Origin: a virus
Lineage: Duplodnaviria; Caudoviricetes
DNA: 64,000 nucleotides
Strand: one strand, 5' to 3'
IMG/VR virus record: IMGVR_UViG_3300035696_002894
Location: 1,283 to 65,282 of that record
This document shows positions 27,854-35,116 of this stretch, piece by piece (the stretch's first letter is position 1; every line of letters starts with the position of its first letter). A program made the translations under genes and the position numbers. Below the pieces are notes generated by a model. The model was not told where the DNA came from. It saw only the letters and a list, made by a program, of their open reading frames with translations, and searched no databases.

Positions 27854-28358
27854 ATGGAGTCGTTGCCCGAGTCACGCCCGGCTCGATCTCCCACGTCCCC
27901 GCCTCGAGCGTGTGCTTGTTCCCACTCGGATCGATCGCGATCACGTCGTACACCAGGTGCGTCTGACCGTCTCCGAGTGTGATCGTATTCAAGGGCCCGA
28001 CGCTGACCTGCACGAGCCCAGTCGAAACCCCGGTCGGAAACGTGATGATGTTCGGAGCAGTCCCGGTTGACTTGCTGACTGCTACGGCCTGGTTGTCGTA
28101 GTCCGCAACCCATCGCTTCGCCGTGAACTGCACGAACCAACCCGTCAGGTTCATGGGCAACCGCGACGGCTCCGGCGCGACCAACGTGCTCGCTGCAGGT
28201 TCGACCTCGCGCGTCTCGTGCTCACAACCGCACGCAAGATGCGCCGTCCCCGGCTGCCAAACCTGGACCTGGAACACGAGCGTGTCGCCGCGGTAACTCC
28301 AGCGTACGACTCCATACCGCCCACATCTCTCGCAACCGTCGAAATCGTCCTCGAGCAT
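27849..28358 (-). CDS. BppU N-terminal-like baseplate/fibre-associated protein
   Basis: YRGDTLVFQVQV, NLTGWFVQFTAK, GLVQVSV, YDVIAIDPSG. Confidence 0.6.
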   Translation of the reverse strand: MLEDDFDGCERCGRYGVVRWSYRGDTLVFQVQVWQPGTAHLACGCEHETREVEPAASTLVAPEPSRLPMNLTGWFVQFTAKRWVADYDNQAVAVSKSTGTAPNIITFPTGVSTGLVQVSVGPLNTITLGDGQTHLVYDVIAIDPSGNKHTLEAGTWEIEPGVTRATTPS

Positions 28359-28379
28359 GCTCCGGAGGCTATCACCCGC

Positions 28380-28403
28380 AGTCTTGAGGTCGACCTCAAG
28401 ACT
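28380..28403. repeat. symmetric palindrome variant, 24 bp
   Basis: AGTCTTGAGGTCGACCTCAAGACT. Confidence 0.95.
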
Positions 28404-30307
28404 TAGCGCCGAAGGGCGCGCTGCACCTGCGTCAACTGCCCCGGTGCACTCGGTCCCCGAGGACCCGCGTTCATGTGCCCGAGCCCGATCGCCAAGTTGC
28501 GAGCGATGAACGACGCCATCAGCACGTCGGCCGTGTGGTGCTGCGGCGTGTAGCTCGTGCACGCCTCGACGAAGTGCCGCACGGGCTCCGGGCATTCGCC
28601 TTTCATGTCGTTCGGAATGCGCCAGCGTCCGGTCGCCATCTCGAAAAATATGCCGGCAACACCCATCCACGGATGCGCCTTGCCCTGCTGAGTCGTCGTG
28701 AAGCTCCTAATCGGAAGGCTCCGCCCCATCGACTGCGCGACCTGGATCAAGAACTCCTGCTGCCCGTTGTTCTCGACCGCAGCGTAGCTCCGGAATAGCT
28801 CGATCTTCGCGAACAGCTTCGCAACAATGGTCAACGCATCCCAGTGCCCACTCTCGATGTCGAGGATGACGTAGCTCTCGCGCGAGACCTCCGTGAACTC
28901 AGAACCAGGAGCAGAACAACCGGGACACGCGCTTGGACGAACAGCTCCGCTCGCGATCGTGATCACGCGCGCGCAGCGCATGCAGATGAACTCGAAGCCG
29001 ATAGACTTCGAGTTCTGCACACCGAATGTGAAGAAGCTCGTTTCTCCACCCTTCTTGTCGGGCGTCACCGCGAGGTCGACCCCCGTGAACGTCGCCATGT
29101 CGCCGTTGTACGAAGGCGCGAGCGCCCAGATCCCCTCATCGCGTGCCTTCGCCTTGCACCGCTCGATGAACTCCTCCTTGCAGAACGCGCTCTCGTCATC
29201 GCTCGCATCGCTCAAGAAAAACTTCTTGAACAGCCCCGGCGTGTGCACGTACTTCAGCCGCTGCCGCTCTATCTCCTCGCGCGAGTAACGCTCTGACCAG
29301 AGAGGCTTCTTCTTCTCGAGGTCCGGAGCGTGCGCGGTCAAGCGGCACCACTCCGCTTTGACGTTCTGAATCATCTTCGAGCCGACGACGTACAACTCTG
29401 GCGGGCTCCACGCATCATCCGCGTTGCTGACGTAGATGTCTCCCTCCACGCTCATCCGAAGCGCAGGCCAGTAGCGCGCGACCCGATTGACGTAGTCCTC
29501 GTTGTGCCAGGTCGTATTCAGGATACAGAGCCTGCTCGCGAGCTTCGGCTCCATCCGGTTCGCAACCTGCCCGAAGAACTTGTCGTACGTCGCCTGGCGC
29601 TGCTCCGGCGTCGCCGTGTTCTCGACGGAGAGAAGGTCGTCCACGATCGCATAGTCGACGCGCCAGCCCTGGATCTCCTTGCTGTCGATGCCGAGTGCCG
29701 CGAAGCTCGGGTCCTTGATTCCTGCCGGACGGTCGACCGTGATCTTGATGTCACTCCACGGCTCACCCGATCTCCGAGAGGGGAGAAGATGCGGGGCAAT
29801 GAGGCGCAGCTCTGCGCTCGACTCGATCGCCTGCCTTACGAGGAGCAGCGGCTTCTTCGCCTGCTCCTGCGTTGCCGAAACGAAGACGCCCCGCAACCGC
29901 GGATTCTGGCTGAGCAAGAAGAGCCCAAGACCTCCACACGACACCGTCTTCCCCGTTCCAATCGGGAGTATCACGACGCACTTGTCGTGTTTCGGGTGCA
30001 TGATGAAGCTCAGAAGCACACGCTGATGGGGCGGCACAGTGACGTGTCGGTTCGTCGATTCGTCGCGCAGCACGAGCTCGAAGAAGTCGACCGGGTTCGT
30101 CTTCGCCCTTCGCGCCTTCGCCGCGAGCGCGTTACGCGCCTTCGATACCCGGTCCGCGTCGCTCAGGGTCTTCGCGCGCTCACTCGCATCTTCAAACGCC
30201 CTTGTCCGGCAACGCGGACGCGAACACCAGCCGTTCTCGAGTGGTGCAAGCACGCTGCCGCAACTGCAGCAACAACGCTGCGCAGCCTTCAGATTCTGCA
30301 TCCTCAC
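28403..30307 (-). CDS. terL: terminase large subunit
   Basis: Walker A LPIGTGKT, Walker B AIVDDL, coupling motif LNTTW, RNase H-like FTGVDLA ... ENNGQQ ... DVLMA. Confidence 0.85.
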   Translation of the reverse strand: MRMQNLKAAQRCCCSCGSVLAPLENGWCSRPRCRTRAFEDASERAKTLSDADRVSKARNALAAKARRAKTNPVDFFELVLRDESTNRHVTVPPHQRVLLSFIMHPKHDKCVVILPIGTGKTVSCGGLGLFLLSQNPRLRGVFVSATQEQAKKPLLLVRQAIESSAELRLIAPHLLPSRRSGEPWSDIKITVDRPAGIKDPSFAALGIDSKEIQGWRVDYAIVDDLLSVENTATPEQRQATYDKFFGQVANRMEPKLASRLCILNTTWHNEDYVNRVARYWPALRMSVEGDIYVSNADDAWSPPELYVVGSKMIQNVKAEWCRLTAHAPDLEKKKPLWSERYSREEIERQRLKYVHTPGLFKKFFLSDASDDESAFCKEEFIERCKAKARDEGIWALAPSYNGDMATFTGVDLAVTPDKKGGETSFFTFGVQNSKSIGFEFICMRCARVITIASGAVRPSACPGCSAPGSEFTEVSRESYVILDIESGHWDALTIVAKLFAKIELFRSYAAVENNGQQEFLIQVAQSMGRSLPIRSFTTTQQGKAHPWMGVAGIFFEMATGRWRIPNDMKGECPEPVRHFVEACTSYTPQHHTADVLMASFIARNLAIGLGHMNAGPRGPSAPGQLTQVQRALRR

Positions 30308-30333
30308 TTCCTCCGCGCGAAAGGATGCACCCG

Positions 30334-30353
30334 CCTTGAGGTCGACCTCAAGG
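30334..30353. repeat. 20-bp palindrome, perfect
   Basis: Upstream of terL. Confidence 0.97.
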
Positions 30354-30369
30354 ATCGCCGAATCGCGGT

Positions 30370-30597
30370 CTACACGCGCGCAAGCGGAGACTCATCAATT
30401 CTCGGGAGCACCTTGCGAAGAGCCGCGGCATCACAATGCCAGCCGATAGCCTGAAGATCGCTCACTCTGAAGCCCGCATGGGGCCTTGCGTCCGGACCGA
30501 AGAAGAAAACCACCTGCTGCTGCTCATGCCAACCGACCAACATCATGTTCGTCGCCCAATCGCGTCCATCACGAGAACATCCGAGATTCACGTACAC
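30370..30597 (-). CDS. hypothetical protein
   Basis: Tiles with neighbouring genes. Confidence 0.35.
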   Translation of the reverse strand: MYVNLGCSRDGRDWATNMMLVGWHEQQQVVFFFGPDARPHAGFRVSDLQAIGWHCDAAALRKVLPRIDESPLARV

Positions 30598-30817
30598 GCA
30601 TCATCGCAGGGCCAGAGACCCGCACCCCCCACGCGAGCGCAACGTGCACAGCAACGCGCGCACACCAGCTGTAGACAACCGCCTGCCTATCGTCGGCGAC
30701 GACATGCAGCTCGGAGACTGGATACTCGGTAGATGACGCGAACGCGATGCAAATCGGAAACTCGCGTGCGTCCATCGGACCCGCTCGAACCGATCGCTCT
30801 ATCCACATGTCGAACAT
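30569..30817 (-). CDS. hypothetical protein
   Basis: Tiles with neighbouring genes. Confidence 0.4.
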   Translation of the reverse strand: MFDMWIERSVRAGPMDAREFPICIAFASSTEYPVSELHVVADDRQAVVYSWCARVAVHVALAWGVRVSGPAMMRVRESRMFS

Positions 30818-30818
30818 C

Positions 30819-31382
30819 TCAACCTCCCACTAGTGCTTCGATACGCGCAAATGCGCCTCCGGCGAGCGTCCAGGCACATGCACATGCTCGACAATCCCAA
30901 CGGAGAGGATCACACATCCGCCCGTTGCGAAGCCGCATGGTCGCCCCGCAACGCGGACAGAACGTCTGCGGCTTGGTCGTTGTCGCCTCGAGGATGACCG
31001 AGGAGGCGTCTTCGACCCGCGGGGCGCCTCCGCTCCTCAGCTTCTCGAAAAGACGCCTGTAAAGCAGCGCGCGAGCACCACACGCTATCTCCTCCTCGCT
31101 CGCCCAGGAACAGTCCTCGGACGGAGTGCCAGTCCACCCCCGCGCGTCAAAGACACTCACGGGGCGCTGATCTCCACCCCAGTACGCAACAGCACCCCAA
31201 CGAAAGATGAAGCGCGAAACAGCGATACCCAGCACCGCGAGCCGTCGCTCAAGCGCGACCTCGAGCCGAACACCAGGTGGAGCGTGCGAGCCCGGCAAGT
31301 CGAGCTTCTGAAGCCCTTGGAGCGCGAGCAGCAATCCATCAGGACAGCGAACGAGCGCGAGCGCGATCGGCTCCTTGATCAC
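30819..31382 (-). CDS. degenerate NUDIX-like protein with C-terminal Zn ribbon
   Basis: LALVRCPDGLLL...LDLPG; FCPRCG..M......WDCRAC; no intact NUDIX box. Confidence 0.35.
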   Translation of the reverse strand: MIKEPIALALVRCPDGLLLALQGLQKLDLPGSHAPPGVRLEVALERRLAVLGIAVSRFIFRWGAVAYWGGDQRPVSVFDARGWTGTPSEDCSWASEEEIACGARALLYRRLFEKLRSGGAPRVEDASSVILEATTTKPQTFCPRCGATMRLRNGRMCDPLRWDCRACACAWTLAGGAFARIEALVGG

Positions 31383-32215
31383 GGCAAGTACCCGAGCTTC
31401 CGCCCCGAGTCATAGAGCTCAGCGACCAACGTCCAAACCTGCTCGGCGACCGGGGGCTCATCACCGCCGCTGTCGAGAAACGCACACACACCTCCTTGCA
31501 CATCAGCCCACGCTACAACCCGATCCACGATCCATTCGCGCCTATAATCGTCAGCCTGCACTTGCTTCGCGCTGTCTGTCTCACCCAAGCCGACCGCGAC
31601 GAGTTTCTCCTCTGCGCTCTTCGCGCGCATTTGCCAGTACTCCTCGTTCGTCGCGTGCTGCGCAGCCGTGACGATCCAGTTGCGCGCAAACTCATAGAGC
31701 TGACTCGCAGGTACAGTCGAAAGCATCTCGTCCGCCATCTCCAAACGCTTCGCGTCGATGTCCTTCTGCGTCTGCCCCTTCTCAGGTGTACTCGCGAGCT
31801 CCTTCGCGCTGAGCGTGAACGCGTCGTACGTGCGCTTCGCATCAAGCACTTGCTGGATCGTCATCTCTGGTTTCGCGTCGCTCTCGACAGCGCGCGGCTT
31901 CTTCGCAGTTGCGCTCCCTGCCTCATCAAGGTGCGCGCATCCGCACTTCGAGCACTTGGTAGGAGGCTCCGCGCCCCTGCGCACCACGTGAAGCTTCTTG
32001 CACTCTCGACAAATGAACATCCTCGTCATCGGCGTGTCCGTTCCAGGCACGAACACGCGCCCTCCAATGAACCCCTCGTGCGTCCCCACCTCACCCGCGT
32101 CCCATCCTTCAGCAGCGCCGCAGTGCGGACACGCACCCGGAGGTGCCGCTCCTTCCCAGATCGCAAAGCAGAGCTTGCACGTCCACACCTTCGTCCGCGG
32201 CGCCGTCTCACTCAT
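31379..32215 (-). CDS. protein with two rubredoxin-like Zn/Fe ribbons
   Basis: WTCKLC...CPHCG; FICREC...CSKCG. Confidence 0.5.
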   Translation of the reverse strand: MSETAPRTKVWTCKLCFAIWEGAAPPGACPHCGAAEGWDAGEVGTHEGFIGGRVFVPGTDTPMTRMFICRECKKLHVVRRGAEPPTKCSKCGCAHLDEAGSATAKKPRAVESDAKPEMTIQQVLDAKRTYDAFTLSAKELASTPEKGQTQKDIDAKRLEMADEMLSTVPASQLYEFARNWIVTAAQHATNEEYWQMRAKSAEEKLVAVGLGETDSAKQVQADDYRREWIVDRVVAWADVQGGVCAFLDSGGDEPPVAEQVWTLVAELYDSGRKLGYLP

Positions 32216-32577
32216 CGCTCATCACCTCCAGGCGCAGCATGCCGCAAACGAACACGCCGCGCAGAAACAAGAACAGCATCCGCAATCAAGTTCGCCATCT
32301 CCGGCTTCATCTCGGGTAAATCGAGCTCGCCCAAATCCACCTTCTCGGACGCGCGTGTACCGACGGCGACCTCTTCTTTCATGCCGCGCGCCTTCTCGAA
32401 CTCCCGGTTGATCTCCGCGCTACAGAGCGGTGCTTCTCCCTTACGTACGATCATGAAGATCTGCGCCTTACGTGCCGCACCCTTTCGCTCTTTCGCGCGA
32501 ACCTTCTTACCGATCCGTATCGGAATGATCCCCGCCTGCAGCTTCTCTACCGCCCGCCTTCGTGATTCTTTGCCCAT
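32212..32577 (-). CDS. hypothetical protein
   Basis: Coupled to neighbouring genes. Confidence 0.4.
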   Translation of the reverse strand: MGKESRRRAVEKLQAGIIPIRIGKKVRAKERKGAARKAQIFMIVRKGEAPLCSAEINREFEKARGMKEEVAVGTRASEKVDLGELDLPEMKPEMANLIADAVLVSARRVRLRHAAPGGDER

Positions 32578-33197
32578 CGCTCACCCTGCTCCTCTCCATC
32601 GTTCTCGTGCCCGGGTGCAGGAAGCGCGAGAACCGTCCGCGCTGCTTCAATCACGCGCTCTCGCTCCAACTCCTCAGCTGCGAACCGTTCGTACTCGGCG
32701 TCATCGAAGCCTTCCATCGCCTGCCGAAGCCGATCACTCGGCCCAGTCACTTCGACGTGCACCCGCTCAGGCTCATCCCAGCCCGCCATAGTCGCGAGCC
32801 GCGCTTCGACGGCCATGATGCGCGTTGCGAGCATCGCAATGGTCCGCACATCCGACGCGCCCGCATGTAGCAAATAGAGCTTCTGAGCAACGTTCAGCAA
32901 CCGATGGTAACTCGCAGCGCGATCACGCTGCGACCCCGTCGCCATCTCACTACGAAGCTGCTCCTCGGCTCGCCTGACCGCCTCCTCTATCTCGCTCCTA
33001 CGAGGAGCCATTCCCCCGTTCTGCGCCGCTGCCTTCCTGAGCTCCGCGAGCGTCTGCGTCACGAGCGATCCGAACGCGATACCCGCAGTCACTCCCTGCA
33101 TAACAAACCGCTCGATGAGCGCAGCACGCGCCTGGGCATGCTCCTCGGGCACTTGACCGACTTCTCTCGGAGGCAACGGTATGCGGCGACGAGGCAT
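32547..33197 (-). CDS. putative terminase small subunit
   Basis: Helical; IMAVEARLATMAGWDEPERVHVEVTG resembles TerS C-termini; upstream of TerL. Confidence 0.45.
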   Translation of the reverse strand: MPRRRIPLPPREVGQVPEEHAQARAALIERFVMQGVTAGIAFGSLVTQTLAELRKAAAQNGGMAPRRSEIEEAVRRAEEQLRSEMATGSQRDRAASYHRLLNVAQKLYLLHAGASDVRTIAMLATRIMAVEARLATMAGWDEPERVHVEVTGPSDRLRQAMEGFDDAEYERFAAEELERERVIEAARTVLALPAPGHENDGEEQGERWAKNHEGGR

Positions 33198-33209
33198 ATC
33201 AAACGCGAA

Positions 33210-33734
33210 TCATGCCGCCTGCGCGCCGAACCGCAGCTCAGAGCTTCGGACGGTCGGCGGCGCCGGTTCTATCTCCGCGCGCTCCGCCTTGAGGTCGACC
33301 TCAAGGAACCTCTCGGACCCCCTCGGAACGAGAACTACCCCAGCTGGACACACCAAAGCGACGGCTAGGGTCCAAAGCACCCAGCAATGACCAGCTCCCT
33401 CCACACGCGAGGGGGTCCAACCCCGCGCTGCGCCGATGAGCATGTCGATAGCTCGAACGACTTCCGGACCATCCGGGTAGTCGGCAACGAGCTCGAGCGC
33501 GCCGATGAGCGACCACTCGGTCGCACGAACATCTCGGGCTGAGCACGCGATCTTCCGATACCCGTCCGGATACGCGTGCTCGGGAGCCATGTGTACCGGC
33601 TTACGACTCACGCGCCTCCAGCGCATGGCCGCACGCGCATCGCGGCTCCAGCACGCGCGGTCGGCGAGAACGCTCGCTGCGAGCTGCAGAAGGTCACGCG
33701 CGTCGGCATCCAACGTAGTGGTTGCAGAGCCCAC
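33210..33734 (-). CDS. hypothetical protein
   Basis: WSLIGALE motif; annotated 3' end runs through a palindrome, so the true end is uncertain. Confidence 0.35.
   Translation of the reverse strand: MGSATTTLDADARDLLQLAASVLADRACWSRDARAAMRWRRVSRKPVHMAPEHAYPDGYRKIACSARDVRATEWSLIGALELVADYPDGPEVVRAIDMLIGAARGWTPSRVEGAGHCWVLWTLAVALVCPAGVVLVPRGSERFLEVDLKAERAEIEPAPPTVRSSELRFGAQAA
33287..33306. repeat. 20-bp palindrome, perfect
   Basis: Upstream of the putative terS. Confidence 0.97.
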
Positions 33735-33779
33735 GCTTCAAGAAGGTATGGCACGTATGGCGGAACGCAAGGATTTGCA

Positions 33780-34079
33780 TCACCACGGATGAAGGCGCCG
33801 ATGTGTGACAGCGAACCTCGTGATCCAACTCCGCGCATCGCCCGCATCACACGATCGCTGCGCGGTCTCTCCGCAAACAAGACATCGCAGCGCGATCCGC
33901 TGCGGAGGATCCGTCGGATCGAAAAGCGTGTATTGCCCTTCGACCTTTCCCTCTGCCCAATGCGGTGTCCACGTCGTCTGGGGCGCGTCGCTCAAGGGTC
34001 GCTCCTGATCGGCTTCGATTCTGTCGCGGCAATCAACGCATTCGCAACTGCATTTCTTTCTCGCTCGAGCACTGCGCAC
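33780..34079 (-). CDS. hypothetical protein with CxxC/Zn motif
   Basis: LRCLVCG...H..LH. Confidence 0.35.
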   Translation of the reverse strand: MRSARARKKCSCECVDCRDRIEADQERPLSDAPQTTWTPHWAEGKVEGQYTLFDPTDPPQRIALRCLVCGETAQRSCDAGDARSWITRFAVTHRRLHPW

Positions 34080-34228
34080 CGCTCCTCGCTCTTACCGAGC
34101 GCTTCGGCGAGCCGTGCGCATTCCCTCTCGGCGTCGACGAGCAGGCGCGCGTACACTTGCGCGACACAGACCGATGCGTGTGCACTCGCAACAAGCGCGT
34201 TACTGACGTCCCGCGCCATCTCGCTCAC
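33992..34228 (-). CDS. coiled-coil hypothetical protein
   Basis: GTGA coupling to the upstream gene. Confidence 0.35.
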   Translation of the reverse strand: MSEMARDVSNALVASAHASVCVAQVYARLLVDAERECARLAEALGKSEERCAVLERERNAVANALIAATESKPIRSDP

Positions 34229-34617
34229 GTCCAGCTCTCCTTCTCATGTGTAGACAGCTTCAGGAGTGCACCCCCCTGCACCTGCAAGAGCCTTCCGACG
34301 ATCAAGAACGTGAGCTGAGGACTCAGCCCACTACTCGCCGCCGCCGCGCACATCGCCTTCGTAAGCACCTGCATCGCCTTCGACACGTCACGATAGAACG
34401 CCTCCGCCTTCGGCTCATCGATGACCGTCCACGCTGCGAGTGCGTCCGGTGTCGCGATGAACGATTCTCCACCCTCAAACTCAATCACCGGCGCATCCAC
34501 CGACAACCCATTCGCGGGCGATACATACGCACTCTTCTCGTGTGCCTTCGCAACCCTTCCGATGACGTTTCGAGCGACGTCATAGACGACCTTCCCAACC
34601 AGCTCTTCGGGCTTCAT
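34225..34617 (-). CDS. hypothetical protein
   Basis: Start MKPEEL lies 7 nt after CATGAT. Confidence 0.5.
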   Translation of the reverse strand: MKPEELVGKVVYDVARNVIGRVAKAHEKSAYVSPANGLSVDAPVIEFEGGESFIATPDALAAWTVIDEPKAEAFYRDVSKAMQVLTKAMCAAAASSGLSPQLTFLIVGRLLQVQGGALLKLSTHEKESWT

Positions 34618-34641
34618 GCAGCCCATCATGCCGCATCAGAT

Positions 34642-34658
34642 CTTGAGGTCGACCTCAA
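34642..34658. repeat. palindrome variant
   Basis: CTTGAGGTCGACCTCAA; contains a stop codon. Confidence 0.93.
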
Positions 34659-35080
34659 CGCCGCGGACCTCGCCTTTGCCCAGCCTGCTCCGCGTACGCG
34701 TTGGTCAGCGCCTCGACGGCACGCGCCGCGTTCTCCCTCGGCACATCATCGAGAGGCACTACAGTACTCGGCTCGTACGCAGGCACGTTCCAGGCTTCTT
34801 GCTCGAGCACCTTCTCGGCAAACGCAACCGCCGCGTTTGGCTCCTCCCAATCGGGACCGAGCCGCTCGGTCCGCTCGAACCCACGCGCGTAACCCTGCTG
34901 GTACGCCGAGTCCGCGTGCCTCGCAGCGAAGTCGACCCACTCGGCAACGGTTGCTCGCGGAGACGTTGATGCGAACGCCTCGACGAGCTTCCGAAGACGC
35001 GGCGGCGGCTCCGGACCTTCTTCCCACGTGCCGAGATGCTTCTCGACGATACGCTTGAGGCTCTTCAGGAAAGGAGTCAC
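34655..35080 (-). CDS. hypothetical protein
   Basis: GGGAGAG RBS; stop inside a palindrome. Confidence 0.5.
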   Translation of the reverse strand: MTPFLKSLKRIVEKHLGTWEEGPEPPPRLRKLVEAFASTSPRATVAEWVDFAARHADSAYQQGYARGFERTERLGPDWEEPNAAVAFAEKVLEQEAWNVPAYEPSTVVPLDDVPRENAARAVEALTNAYAEQAGQRRGPRR

Positions 35081-35097
35081 CTCTCCCTTGTCGCCTT

Positions 35098-35116
35098 CCT
35101 TGAGGTCGACCTCAAG
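35098..35116. repeat. palindrome variant (19 of 20)
   Basis: Contains the methyltransferase stop codon. Confidence 0.95.

Noticed and set aside
29072-29081. GAGGTCGACC inside terL as another palindrome copy
   Set aside because: Only 10 bp match, explained by the catalytic GVDLA codons.
30819-31382. Active NUDIX hydrolase
   Set aside because: The GX5EX7REUXEE box is not intact.
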